Shown in pieces: positions 27,356 to 37,170 of a stretch of DNA of 64,000 bases. Under the pieces are notes generated by a model that did not search any database, was not told the origin of the DNA, and saw only the letters and a list, made by a program, of their open reading frames with translations. How positions within the stretch are numbered: the stretch's first letter is position 1; every line of letters starts with the position of its first letter. Both the position numbers and the translations under genes were made by a program. The DNA lies in IMG/VR virus record IMGVR_UViG_3300025121_000282, positions 124,001 through 188,000 of that record. The stretch is one strand, 5' to 3'.

Positions 27356-27638
27356 ACACTAAATGGTGTATAAAAGGGTTAACGATTTTGATAGAAACGA
27401 TCATTGACGAGTGTTTCTGACTATTGGAAGAACAACTGGTGAGGAGACATACACGTTTCGGAATGTATATACCAATGATGAGGTCGTTGCTGTCTGGTTC
27501 GTTCAGGACAAAGGCAGCAAACACTACAGCCTAGAGGACCTTGCCAGTGTGTCCTACGATGTTATATGTATGTCCGACAAAATGAAGGATTGACTCCACT
27601 TCTCTAGGGATGAATAACTATAGGAGGTTACAATTACA

Positions 27639-28109
27639 ATGTCTTTTGATTTTATTAATTTCGTCGTTTGCAGTGCCATTCCCGGCGACCTTATCCTGGT
27701 GGATGGTGCAGATTACCAGTACTGGGACGTGGGTGTGGACGACGAACCGTCTGGGAACATCCTCTGGCGCAACAGAGACACCGGGGACACCCTCACCCCT
27801 ACTGACATCATTGATGGTGGATGTAAGGTTGTGGTAGGGTTTCTCACCTCGCTGCTTTACGTGAATGCCTACCGGGTTTCTACTTGTTGGGGCGGACCGG
27901 AAGAGGGTGGTTGGACCTACGAGGTTGGGGAAGCCCTCGCTTCTATCCCCCTCGCTCCTGGCCAGCTGAACGGGGAGGAAATTGACCGCATCTCTTCTCA
28001 GCTTGAGGTGGCCTTGGCCTCCGAAGCTAACCGTCGTCAGGAAATCCGGGTGGTTGTCCAGCGCAAATTTGCCGAGAACTGGCCCGATGAGCGACCCTAT
28101 TATGAGTGA
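27639..28109 (+). CDS. conserved phage hypothetical protein
   Basis: YVNAY....WGGPEEGGW motif; AGGAGG SD. Confidence 0.75.
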   Translation: MSFDFINFVVCSAIPGDLILVDGADYQYWDVGVDDEPSGNILWRNRDTGDTLTPTDIIDGGCKVVVGFLTSLLYVNAYRVSTCWGGPEEGGWTYEVGEALASIPLAPGQLNGEEIDRISSQLEVALASEANRRQEIRVVVQRKFAENWPDERPYYE

Positions 28110-28115
28110 TGCCTC

Positions 28116-28583
28116 GTGGAAGATCCAATCCTCAGCTTCGAGGGGGAGTACTTTTTCCTGTCGAATTTCTACCCGAGTCTTATTGTAATTAAGGGTACGA
28201 CTTTTCCTGCCTTGGAGCATGCCTATCAGGCGATGAAGTCCACCGATGCCTCCGAGCAGCAGAAAATTGCCCGTGCGTCGACCCCTGGCAGGGCCAAAAG
28301 AATGGGGCGTCAGATTGTCCAGCTACGTCCGGAGTGGGAGTCTATTAAGATCGAGGTAATGACCCGACTAGTCAGAATCAAATTCTCAGTCCCTGAACTG
28401 AGACAAAAATTACTGGCCACCGGTGAAGCCAGACTTGAGGAAGGAAATCGGCACTACGACACTTGGTGGGGTATCCACCCGATTGGTAGTGGGAAAGGCA
28501 GGAATGAACTTGGTAGAATACTGATGCAAATCAGGAACGAAATCAGGTACAACTGCGATGAGAATAATCCAGAAGAACTGTAA
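28116..28583 (+). CDS. NADAR (YbiA-like) family protein
   Basis: FLSNFY, EHAYQA.K, AK..GR, KF...L...LL.TG...L.EGN...D..WG, G.N.LG..LM. Confidence 0.9.
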   Translation: MEDPILSFEGEYFFLSNFYPSLIVIKGTTFPALEHAYQAMKSTDASEQQKIARASTPGRAKRMGRQIVQLRPEWESIKIEVMTRLVRIKFSVPELRQKLLATGEARLEEGNRHYDTWWGIHPIGSGKGRNELGRILMQIRNEIRYNCDENNPEEL

Positions 28584-28761
28584 GCCTGAAAATGTGATTT
28601 ACACAGTTCAGTGCAAACATTGTAATAACATAATTGAATTTCTTCAGTCTGAGACAGAACGGATAGCGGACCAATCTTTAGTCAAAATTACTTGTCCGTC
28701 TTGTTCTGAGTACATTTATACACTTAAACGACAACCAAACGTGCCTATCCTCAGCTTATAG
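28558..28761 (+). CDS. zinc-ribbon protein
   Basis: CKHC...CPSC. Confidence 0.6.
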   Translation: MRIIQKNCKPENVIYTVQCKHCNNIIEFLQSETERIADQSLVKITCPSCSEYIYTLKRQPNVPILSL

Positions 28762-28772
28762 GAGAAACCAAA

Positions 28773-29657
28773 ATGACCATTCCCCACATCCAGAGACTGA
28801 CTGGACTTGACGTTACCCTGGGACGTGTTTGGGCACTGATGCCACATGAATACGACATTGCAGGGGCTGCGGCCAAGTACAATGAGATTGCAAACGGGGA
28901 CGCTGACAAATATCCTGCTTGGTATTTCACGTCTCCCGGGACCAAAGTGAAAGGTGCTATCCACACCTATCGTCTGTCCAAAGGCCCAAGCGGGCTCGAA
29001 TTGTCCAACGCGTTTGTCAAGAACGCACAGAGTAGGGGCAGCAGGGAAGAGTTTGAGGCCTGTTTTAACTGGCAATCGGCAAATCTGGAAGGCCTGATCA
29101 ACCCTCCCTCCGATTACATGGGTGGCTTCGGGTGGCGCGTGTTCTACGAAAATTCCATCGCCGACCCGAGCCGCCGAGTCCCTGATTTTTGGGCACTACA
29201 GCGGGGTGCCAGTCCTGGTGCCTATCCCGTGAACAAGGGTGTGGCTGAGGGTAGACCATTGCGATTGGCCGGCATTGGTTTGGCCTACCCGCACGGCAAA
29301 GACCCGAACACGACCCAGAATCATTCCAATCTGGCAGCTTTGGAAGAAGATTGCGACCTTGTGGTTCATGGTGAGGATAAACTGCTGTGGGCGGAAGTTC
29401 GCGGGTGCAGTGCAAACACCAGCGGTGCACCCCAACAGTGGTGTGCTCTGTGTGGCCGAGCTTTGGGGCTCACGGGCTGTGCCCACTGCAACTATCTTTA
29501 CAGGGACAATGGGTTTGATTGCGGCGGAGGCCCGCCGATCTGGGCACGAGTCCAGAAATTGGTGGAAGAACGCCTGTGGCTATTTGCAGAAGACCCGTCC
29601 ATCGCTCGACTGGAGTGGGCTGCTGAAATGGCTAAGTATCAGAAATCTGAGGATTGA
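28773..29657 (+). CDS. hypothetical protein (294 aa) with a Cys cluster
   Basis: AGGAG SD; CALC...CAHC. Confidence 0.7.
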   Translation: MTIPHIQRLTGLDVTLGRVWALMPHEYDIAGAAAKYNEIANGDADKYPAWYFTSPGTKVKGAIHTYRLSKGPSGLELSNAFVKNAQSRGSREEFEACFNWQSANLEGLINPPSDYMGGFGWRVFYENSIADPSRRVPDFWALQRGASPGAYPVNKGVAEGRPLRLAGIGLAYPHGKDPNTTQNHSNLAALEEDCDLVVHGEDKLLWAEVRGCSANTSGAPQQWCALCGRALGLTGCAHCNYLYRDNGFDCGGGPPIWARVQKLVEERLWLFAEDPSIARLEWAAEMAKYQKSED

Positions 29658-29695
29658 CCGGGTTTGTTTCCATGTGAATTATGACATAGAAGGAG
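29652..29695 (+). repeat. promoter+SD cassette, near-identical at 42469 and partly at 30214 and 55007
   Basis: GATTGACCGGGTTTG(T/A)TTCC(A/G)TGTGAATTA...AGAAGGAG. Confidence 0.75.
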
Positions 29696-29707
29696 GTTGT
29701 AATTCAC

Positions 29708-30004
29708 ATGGCCACTATGACTGTTTCCAACCCCGGCAATATGGCAATCGAGACCCACGTCTGGGCTCTCAGCATGGCTGAGGCCAAGAAGGTGCTCAAG
29801 CACACCAAGTCCTCTGCCTATTGGAAACCCCTGCTCAAAAACGGTGGTTATTGGTGGTCCCACTTCGTTCATCCGGTGAACACGGCCATTCGTAACCACC
29901 GAGATTATGTCACGCTCTTCACGGCCGGCTTTGCCACCCCCGAGTTTTCTCAGATGCTCCGCGACTCTGGAGTTGACTACGAAATTATCAAGGGAGGGAA
30001 CTGA
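29708..30004 (+). CDS. hypothetical protein
   Basis: Follows the promoter cassette; AGGAGG SD. Confidence 0.7.
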   Translation: MATMTVSNPGNMAIETHVWALSMAEAKKVLKHTKSSAYWKPLLKNGGYWWSHFVHPVNTAIRNHRDYVTLFTAGFATPEFSQMLRDSGVDYEIIKGGN

Positions 30005-30006
30005 AA

Positions 30007-30219
30007 ATGGCCCGTCGTAAGCCTGAATTCAAATACGAGGTGGTAGTGGAAATTCTGTCTGGAATCACCGATAAGCCTGTGCACTTGGATGGCATCTTCG
30101 TCCACGCTTACAATGGGGAAGAGGCCCTAGCTAAAGGTGAACAGTACGTCCGTGAGAGCGAGTATTGGGACGAACGTATCCAGCCTTCCTACCGAGGAAA
30201 GTGCCAGCGGGTAGATTGA
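30007..30219 (+). CDS. hypothetical protein
   Basis: GGAGG SD; V.A...EEA motif. Confidence 0.65.
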   Translation: MARRKPEFKYEVVVEILSGITDKPVHLDGIFVHAYNGEEALAKGEQYVRESEYWDERIQPSYRGKCQRVD

Positions 30220-30264
30220 CCATCATTTTGTTCTTATGAATTATCGCAGAAGGAGATTATAACA

Positions 30265-30498
30265 ATGGACAACACCAACCTCAAGAATCCAAACGCCCTT
30301 CTCCAGACCCTGGGTGCTGCTTTGAATCAGCACGACCACCACAAAATTGGTGTTCTTAACGTCACTTTTGTCTGTGAGAATGGGGACCGCTTCGAATTTG
30401 GTCTCCCTCAGGCTCTCGATGCCATCGCCAACGACCTTTACTGGGACGAGCGTGGCAACTGGGCCGACGCCACCCACTGCACTGTGGACACCTTCTGA
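30265..30498 (+). CDS. hypothetical protein
   Basis: Promoter at 30216; AAGGAG SD. Confidence 0.7.
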   Translation: MDNTNLKNPNALLQTLGAALNQHDHHKIGVLNVTFVCENGDRFEFGLPQALDAIANDLYWDERGNWADATHCTVDTF

Positions 30499-30779
30499 TG
30501 AGTACTTCTCCCAAGATTGGCGACCTTGGTGTCGAAGCTATTGATGAAGAGGTGGAAAACCGGCTCTTCGGCACTGTCCCCGATGCCACTTTCTCGGTGA
30601 TTTCGTTCTTGTTTAAGGGCACGACGCTGATCTCCATCGAGGTCGAGTCTATCTTGGTTGGAATCTCCAGGTGTTATCGGTGGTCTCAACCCTTGGAAGA
30701 AGTTCTTGTAGACCTTGAAAGTGCCGTTCTCAGAGAAATTTCAGAATTGCACAAGAGACTGCCACCAGAGGCACTCTGA
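30498..30779 (+). CDS. hypothetical protein
   Basis: TGATG overlap. Confidence 0.6.
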   Translation: MSTSPKIGDLGVEAIDEEVENRLFGTVPDATFSVISFLFKGTTLISIEVESILVGISRCYRWSQPLEEVLVDLESAVLREISELHKRLPPEAL

Positions 30780-31126
30780 TAACGCCTGTAGTATCATAAG
30801 TCTGAACCCATAACTAGGAGAAAACTGTTGAAAGACCCGAACGAACAGCCCGCCGAGACGACCTTGACCTTGACCCTGGTCGTTCCTGAGGGGACGACTG
30901 AAGCAGACCTTCGCAATGCCATCGCCCAGGGGGCGCGAACCATTTTGCCCCTCCTTCCTAAGGATAAAGCGTCTCGGCCCCTCTACATGGCGCTCAACAA
31001 CGCCTTTCCACACTAGGGGGTTGCTGTAGAATAAAACCATGTTTGGAATTTTTGTAATCTTGATAGTAGCAATCATCCTTTGTTTGGTCGAACTCGTTGT
31101 GGACATTTTGACGGAGGGCTAGGCTC

Positions 31127-31330
31127 TTGTTTGCATACGAAGGATTCATGACCATCAAATCAAAGGTTGATAACAGAATAATTAATCAGGACTCCTACGT
31201 GGTTGAAGCGCCCAGTAGACAAGAGGCAGTCTTTACCATCATGAAAATGGTCGAGGCGAGCCATCATTTTAAGTCTGCTCCAGAATTGTTATGTTATTTT
31301 GGTCGGGTGTACCGCATCGGGAGGTGTTGA
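31127..31330 (+). CDS. hypothetical protein
   Basis: VVEAPSRQEA motif. Confidence 0.55.
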   Translation: MFAYEGFMTIKSKVDNRIINQDSYVVEAPSRQEAVFTIMKMVEASHHFKSAPELLCYFGRVYRIGRC

Positions 31331-31333
31331 AAT

Positions 31334-31564
31334 ATGAGTCTTCTTGCTGAGTACGACATCTCCTCTCTAAAAGACTTCTTGTTTCCTCCAGAAGTGTGGC
31401 AGAGAAGCCCCTTGGTGAAATACGAGGGTGGGACTTACGATCTAAGTGAAAATGACGTACACATTTACACGCATGACGGCGTCTGGTTTGTGTGCATGGT
31501 CGAGGGCGATACCCTGGCTACTGTTGATTCCCGCCATGTAGCACAATTCAAGTGTATTGATTGA
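31334..31564 (+). CDS. hypothetical protein
   Basis: GGAGG SD. Confidence 0.6.
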   Translation: MSLLAEYDISSLKDFLFPPEVWQRSPLVKYEGGTYDLSENDVHIYTHDGVWFVCMVEGDTLATVDSRHVAQFKCID

Positions 31565-31619
31565 CTTGTGCTCCCCCTGAGTAGAAGAAATTATATCCAA
31601 TATAAGGAAGTCAAATACA

Positions 31620-32252
31620 ATGCCCGCTCCATTCCTCCAGACTCTTAGGCTCCCCATCCAGGGACAGATGGTTGAATTTACCTCTGTGGTTGCAGACCAG
31701 GAAGACTTTGACCGGGCTTTTGAAGTCATGAAGTCAGCTTTTCCTGATGAACCTGGGCTGGCTGCAATCAAAGAGGCTGGGCATTTACCCCTGGCAAAAG
31801 CGGGGTCTAAAACTCAGCCTCTGTTCGACATGTTTGGTGTTAAGACTGAGTTCATGTCCCTCATTGTGCGCGGTACGGGCAAGAAACTCCTTGAGGCTAA
31901 GGACGACAGTAATGTTGTCCATTACGCAATCACGGATGAGGTGGCCAAGGCTATGGAGGCCGCTTTCCAGACCCTTCCTGGTGAAGTGCAGATTGTGATC
32001 CGAAATACGGTAAACAACTCCGTGGACGCTTTGTTGTCGCCCACACCTGACCGCCTGATCCAGATCATCTCGACCTTTATCAGGAAGAACGGGCAAGATA
32101 AAGATACCATCGCTCACATGCTCGTAGCCGCTAAGGAAAGTGTGTATGAGACACTGATGCGGAATACCAATGTTCCAGAATTCGACCCTACCGGGTACTT
32201 TACCCGGTTTTATACCAATTGTTATCTGGCTCTCAACCGATCGGTGCACTAA
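31620..32252 (+). CDS. hypothetical protein (210 aa)
   Basis: Promoter motif at 31561; AAGGA SD. Confidence 0.75.
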   Translation: MPAPFLQTLRLPIQGQMVEFTSVVADQEDFDRAFEVMKSAFPDEPGLAAIKEAGHLPLAKAGSKTQPLFDMFGVKTEFMSLIVRGTGKKLLEAKDDSNVVHYAITDEVAKAMEAAFQTLPGEVQIVIRNTVNNSVDALLSPTPDRLIQIISTFIRKNGQDKDTIAHMLVAAKESVYETLMRNTNVPEFDPTGYFTRFYTNCYLALNRSVH

Positions 32253-32253
32253 G

Positions 32254-32822
32254 ATGAACATTACTGTAACCCAAGGGAACATCGTTGACCACCCTGTAGA
32301 AGTCATCGTGAATGCTGCAAACTCTGACCTTCGGGTTGGAAGCGGGGTTTGTGCTGCCATTCATGCGGCAGCGGGTCCTGAACTTGAGGAATTGTGTAAC
32401 TTTGCTTTGAAGACTTGGGGTCGAACCCCTCCTGGCGAAGTTACGTTTACGCTTCCGGGTAATCTGAGTGCTCGGTTTGTATGCCATGCGGTTGCGCCCA
32501 TTTATCATCAGACCCCTGTTTCCATACGGGGGCCATGCTGATGTCGGTTTATACGCGCGCTATCGGAGACTCTGCCGGGTATCGTTGCAAGTCGATTGCA
32601 TTCCCAGCCTTGGGTACTGGGGTTTATGGTTGGCCCAAGCTTGAGGCTGCGAAGATCGCGGTGTCGGTTGCTCGCATGTACCAAGCCGCAGGCATGGACA
32701 TGGACATCGTATTTGTGGCATACGACGACGAGACCTTTGACATCTACAGTAGCCTGCTTGAATTGACCGACATGGGCAATTACAGGCCTCATCCCGAGGA
32801 TGTGGAACACGTCCCGGCCTGA
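32254..32822 (+). CDS. macrodomain ADP-ribose glycohydrolase (YmdB/MacroD-like), split by a 1-nt frameshift at G5 32528-32532
   Basis: GNI, IVNAANS.L..GSGVCAAIH.AAG and HAV.P in one frame; SIAFPALGTGVYGWP in the next. Confidence 0.8.
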
Positions 32823-32950
32823 CCCTCTTGTACAGTGAGCGGAGAGGGGGTGCAGGAGACACGCCGCACCATACCCGCCATTGTCACCAGCCCAGACGCC
32901 GTGCAGGCCGCATGGAGTCAGGGAGACCGGTCCGTAGGGGTGTCGCACGC

Positions 32951-33226
32951 ATGTCGGTACAGATACGAGTGGCCCGCATCTCGGTTAGGGCCAAAGAGGC
33001 TGTAATTAGAGCAAATGGGAACATGTACCTTGAATTTAGGGAAGTGTACATCCCACTAGCTACTTCGTTCCTTTTCAGGGTTGGGGCTCTTCTCCACTTG
33101 AAAACCCAGATCGGGAACACTTGGTTGGTTTACTACGAAAAAGACTCTAAGCTTCTCCACTGGCGTGACTTAGATCACGACGATTTTCAGTCTATTCTTA
33201 ATAGGACTACATATGAACTCACCTGA
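32951..33226 (+). CDS. hypothetical protein
   Basis: Tiled ORF. Confidence 0.5.
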   Translation: MSVQIRVARISVRAKEAVIRANGNMYLEFREVYIPLATSFLFRVGALLHLKTQIGNTWLVYYEKDSKLLHWRDLDHDDFQSILNRTTYELT

Positions 33227-33399
33227 ACAGGTCATTTCTCGCCGCGAGTACGCCGAGGTTGCTGCATGGAATGTGTACCCATCACGTCGGGACGACAGTC
33301 TCCGGCAACTCTTGGTCCGGTTGCTGGAGAGTGATTTGCTCAAGAATTACACTCCGGACGGATACCGACGCGAAGACAGGCCTTGCAAGGGAATTAAAA

Positions 33400-33786
33400 A
33401 TGCGTAGTCCGTGGTTTGTTGTGCTTATTCATGCAAGCGGGTGTCTTGAAGAGAAACTTCCAGAAATTGAGATTGTTGACTTTCAGGTTAAAGATGCTCA
33501 GGTTAAAGATGCCCTCAATAACCAACCTGACGCCATTCTGAAGAGTCCTGTGAGCCTAAACTGGACCGAGGACATCTCACCCGGTCTAAAGCGATACACC
33601 GGGCAATTCTATCTTGGGAATTGTAATTATGGGGTGGAGGGATTGATGTTCCCTCCCATCTCGGGTATTTCCACTCTAAGGGCAGCAATAGAACCGGATG
33701 GATACCCAGTACCTGACCCAAATTGTCCAAGCCCCAGAGACATTATTGGGTGGGGCTTCAACCACTACAAGGGATCTAAACAATGA
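33400..33786 (+). CDS. hypothetical protein
   Basis: Tiled ORF. Confidence 0.55.
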   Translation: MRSPWFVVLIHASGCLEEKLPEIEIVDFQVKDAQVKDALNNQPDAILKSPVSLNWTEDISPGLKRYTGQFYLGNCNYGVEGLMFPPISGISTLRAAIEPDGYPVPDPNCPSPRDIIGWGFNHYKGSKQ

Positions 33787-34106
33787 GTAATTCTATTGCT
33801 ATGTTTGTGTGCGGGTCTGCGCTCCGTGACGGTTTTCGGCGCCTGCCTGAAGACCTTGTAGAAGAGATTCAAGATTACATGGTAGACCAGTCTTTTTTGG
33901 TAGGGTGGCACCGTACCTATTCTTGCAACGAGGACATTGTCTGGTTTGGAGTTAGTTATGGTTCTGCTAGCAATGGGTTTGACACCATTCCGGAGTGCTC
34001 AGCAGAAGCGGTGGTGAAGGTGCAGGCACTATACGACCAGTTGTCAGACAACCTGAAAAAGCTTGTTGGACTACCAGTGTTGGGCATACTGGTGTACCAA
34101 TCATGA
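33783..34106 (+). CDS. hypothetical protein
   Basis: ATGA overlap. Confidence 0.6.
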   Translation: MSNSIAMFVCGSALRDGFRRLPEDLVEEIQDYMVDQSFLVGWHRTYSCNEDIVWFGVSYGSASNGFDTIPECSAEAVVKVQALYDQLSDNLKKLVGLPVLGILVYQS

Positions 34107-34330
34107 ATTGTAGATGTAATTGTGGCTACACCTGTGGTGGGCCGGAGGTTTGTCCCGTTTTTGGTGAGAATCCAGGTAAATGTATGGAAGACCATCATAG
34201 GTTTGACTGCGACCACAATTGGAATGGGCCCATAACCTCAGTTACAGTGTTCGGGTGTGATAGTGAGTCGGAGACTTGCTCTGTCTGTAAAGCTGTTAAG
34301 GTGTTCCACGATTTGAGTGTGGGCTTGTAA
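34103..34330 (+). CDS. Cys-rich zinc-binding protein
   Basis: CRCNCG..CGG..C...CDHNW...CSVC. Confidence 0.6.
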   Translation: MNCRCNCGYTCGGPEVCPVFGENPGKCMEDHHRFDCDHNWNGPITSVTVFGCDSESETCSVCKAVKVFHDLSVGL

Positions 34331-34649
34331 AACCATCCGGACACGTGGTAATACTCAAATAAACACGCTTCCACTCTAAAAGTGGAGCTTGTCGTGTTTA
34401 AAAATAAACAGTGGGATGGCTATCCAGACCCTGCGACTGTGGACCCAGACCATAGGTCAGACCTAGTTAGGGCTAGGGTCAAAGCAGGCCTCCTTCCTTT
34501 CCCGTCATTGCCCCTAAGTCACAAATACAACACGGTTGCGGCCGTCTGCTCCAGGTGCGGCATAAAGATTTATCAAGGAACTGGGATGCTCTGGTCCAGG
34601 AAATTGGTGTTGTGTAAGTGTTGTATGGTGGGGTAAAAGGACGATTAAG

Positions 34650-34892
34650 ATGCTTTACAGAGTAACTTTCCCTCCAGATACAAATGATGCCCGTCAAGCT
34701 GCCCAGATGCTATCAAGTGCCCCTGGGTACAGGATATTCAGCCAAGATAGGCACGTTATACAGTCTGTAGCCGTTGACGGGGTACAACCAGCTGGTAATA
34801 ACCCCGTATTAGTAGAAGCCACCCCAAAAAGTATCGAGAACGTCCGTTTTTTGGTCACCAACAAGGGTGGATCAATTTCAGTAATTGGGTAA
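34650..34892 (+). CDS. hypothetical protein
   Basis: AAGGA SD. Confidence 0.55.
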   Translation: MLYRVTFPPDTNDARQAAQMLSSAPGYRIFSQDRHVIQSVAVDGVQPAGNNPVLVEATPKSIENVRFLVTNKGGSISVIG

Positions 34893-34906
34893 GGAGACCA
34901 TTTACA

Positions 34907-35245
34907 ATGCACATCTATTGTTGGGACGAAGTACACGAAGAGACAGAAACCCGCTACGTTCCTAAAGAGTTTGAGTTGTTACTGGAGGCTAGTGGCGCCA
35001 ATAACCTCGCTAAAGCCAAGATGATTGCTGCATGGCAAGACAACTCTGAGTACTATGGGAAGGATGGCATCAATACCCAGATCACCTCTTGTGAAGTGGA
35101 GGATGGCGTAATTAAAGCGGTCGGTTTCTTTAAACTCAATAACACTGATTGCAGGGTACTCATTTACTGGAGTGACAACACAATTTCAACCGAAACCCTT
35201 ATCAACAGAGACGCTGCAAAATGGACAACCCTGAAATCGTCCTAG
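34907..35245 (+). CDS. hypothetical protein
   Basis: AAGGAG SD. Confidence 0.65.
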   Translation: MHIYCWDEVHEETETRYVPKEFELLLEASGANNLAKAKMIAAWQDNSEYYGKDGINTQITSCEVEDGVIKAVGFFKLNNTDCRVLIYWSDNTISTETLINRDAAKWTTLKSS

Positions 35246-35526
35246 ACCTAGTTAAAGGGTCTAAGATAGTGGCACAATGGCTTGAAGCATGGCCCCTAGG
35301 TTCCCACTCTCTAGCCGGCATGCAGATGAAAACTGCGGCCACAGAGCACTATGTGGTTGGCACTTGTGTTCACTTCTATTCTAAAGGACCTGGACTCCCT
35401 TGTGAAGTTGTAATGGTAGACCCGGACCCAGAAGGAGGGTCTACCGTTGAAGCCACGATTCAGGACTGTAGCTGTGATAAGCCACATGTAGCTATTAAGC
35501 CAGCGTGGATTAAAGGAGTCAAATAG
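35221..35526 (+). CDS. hypothetical protein
   Basis: Tiled ORF. Confidence 0.55.
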   Translation: MDNPEIVLDLVKGSKIVAQWLEAWPLGSHSLAGMQMKTAATEHYVVGTCVHFYSKGPGLPCEVVMVDPDPEGGSTVEATIQDCSCDKPHVAIKPAWIKGVK

Positions 35527-35552
35527 CATGGTTTGGGATTCTGACGATTTTC

Positions 35553-35801
35553 TTGATGCGAGCAGAAGAGTGTATTGATTCCACACTTTTTGCAAAATGG
35601 CCGGTCATAGTAATACTTTTAATAGCGGCAGTTATACTCACCTATTTAGCTGCCCAACAGTCATCCAAAGAACAAGAGTCGTGTGCTTTTGCCTGCGGTA
35701 CGAATTTGCCGTCTAAACTCGTAAAAGAGCAGGGTTCTGACGAGTTTGAATGTTATTGCAATGGGATGGTCAAAGCTGAGGGCTGGAAAGAACCCGAATG
35801 A
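35553..35801 (+). CDS. membrane protein with a Cys-containing ectodomain
   Basis: TM helix followed by C...C...CYC. Confidence 0.55.
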   Translation: MMRAEECIDSTLFAKWPVIVILLIAAVILTYLAAQQSSKEQESCAFACGTNLPSKLVKEQGSDEFECYCNGMVKAEGWKEPE

Positions 35802-35802
35802 C

Positions 35803-36051
35803 ATGGAACAAACCCCCAACAGCAGAGACAACAAACGGAACATCAGCGGGGGTGTGTTTGCAAAGAAACTTGAAACACCACCCGTGGTAGGTGAGTACAT
35901 TAAGCAGTACACGCGGGCTAATGGCAAGGAACCTGTAATTGTCCGCAAGGGTTCCCGGTTTTTTGTTGGTGAAGGCCGTACCGTCTCCTTCACCCTAGCA
36001 GGACTAATGACTGCAGCCCAAGTCCTGAAAGAAAGAGCAGACCGCAGTTAG
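35803..36051 (+). CDS. hypothetical protein
   Basis: Tiled ORF. Confidence 0.5.
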   Translation: MEQTPNSRDNKRNISGGVFAKKLETPPVVGEYIKQYTRANGKEPVIVRKGSRFFVGEGRTVSFTLAGLMTAAQVLKERADRS

Positions 36052-36074
36052 TATTTTTGTGTTAGTCTAGGAGT

Positions 36075-36536
36075 ATGAACAAACTATCTTCTATCCTCCG
36101 AAACACTGCTCTCAATTTTGACCCAACTCTGTTCGAAGAGGCTAAGAAAAATGCTTCCAAGACCAAATGGGTAAAACCATCGATTTCAGAAGAAATTGAA
36201 GAATTAGAGCGTACTGCTGAAGAAGAGGGTATAGCTCTTGAAGTATTGTTACAGGCCTGTGAAACAGCTAAACTTGTAACCCTGACTGATGACGTATGGT
36301 CTCAACTCGACAACTCGTGGTCGTGGGAAACTGAAACTATAGAGTTGGCAATCGAGTACGCCGACGAGATTGGTAGAGACACAACCCGCATTCTTAGAGG
36401 TGTGGGTGGGACACTGCCTGCCCCTATGGTATTGTTTCGTGAAGGGCACAATCCCTACCTGATAGGGGGAAACACCAGATTATCGGTGTTTAGAGCCCTA
36501 AATGCAACTCCCAAGGTGCTGGCCGTCCATATTTGA
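36075..36536 (+). CDS. ParB/Srx-like domain protein with the shared N-terminal leader
   Basis: LPAPMVL......YLIGGNTRL; starts MNKLSSILRNTA. Confidence 0.6.
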   Translation: MNKLSSILRNTALNFDPTLFEEAKKNASKTKWVKPSISEEIEELERTAEEEGIALEVLLQACETAKLVTLTDDVWSQLDNSWSWETETIELAIEYADEIGRDTTRILRGVGGTLPAPMVLFREGHNPYLIGGNTRLSVFRALNATPKVLAVHI

Positions 36537-36550
36537 GGCATAAGGTTACC

Positions 36551-36943
36551 ATGGACAAAATTGTAAAAGCTGAGGACTTAGACCAGTGGGGCGATGACTA
36601 CGCTGGCACCATTCGGGACCTTTTTGCTGAAAACTACATGGCCATTGCGCCATATGAGCACCCATATGAGGCTTTAGTAAACGAGGATGGTGACATTCTT
36701 GGGGCCTCCACCTTTGGATTTAGACATAGGGATGAAGGAAGTTTTTCCATAACTGTGACCCCAGATGCCCGTCGTCAGGGTGTGGCTAAAAAACTAGTTC
36801 AAAGTATTGTGGACCAGCACAAAAATACCACGCTTAGGCCCTGGGTTGTGAACCCTGTTATGGCCCACTTACTTGAAGGAATGGGCTTTGAGCCTGATGG
36901 GGAATGGTCTCAAGATAATCCGTACATGGAAAGAACACCATAA
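36551..36943 (+). CDS. GNAT-family N-acetyltransferase
   Basis: FSITVTPDARRQGVAKKLV, VVNP.M..LL..MGF. Confidence 0.75.
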   Translation: MDKIVKAEDLDQWGDDYAGTIRDLFAENYMAIAPYEHPYEALVNEDGDILGASTFGFRHRDEGSFSITVTPDARRQGVAKKLVQSIVDQHKNTTLRPWVVNPVMAHLLEGMGFEPDGEWSQDNPYMERTP

Positions 36944-37170
36944 ATATGTACAGAACCGAACTTAGAGACGGTGTAATTGCAATACGATTTGATGGAACTG
37001 AGACCCTGCTGTATGTGGCAAAGCAGGTGAGTCTGTCTGAGGAAGAAATTGATGTTTTAATCAGTGTACTGTCTAAAGCCAAAGAGCGACGGGCTGAATT
37101 TAAAGAGAGACGTCTACCAGATTAACTGTACCCATTCTGAATGGAATTACTGTACAAGGAGACAATTATA

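Larger units (their letters stand above)
26089..27408 (-). mobile_element. non-autonomous IS200/IS605-like element (RHH + TnpB, no transposase)
   Basis: AT-richer antisense block; ends inferred from restoring the host ORF (+/-1 nt): 5'-GTCAATG...GGAGAAC-3'. Confidence 0.7.
26043..27593 (+). pseudogene. 76-aa gene interrupted by the TnpB element
   Basis: Removing 26089-27408 joins MNTFTQGDVIRIGGQ-R-VFLTIGRTTGEE...KD in frame. Confidence 0.65.

Noticed and set aside
26087-27412. GAGT as a 4-bp target-site duplication of the TnpB element
   Set aside because: That junction would put the host gene out of frame, and IS200/IS605 elements do not make TSDs.
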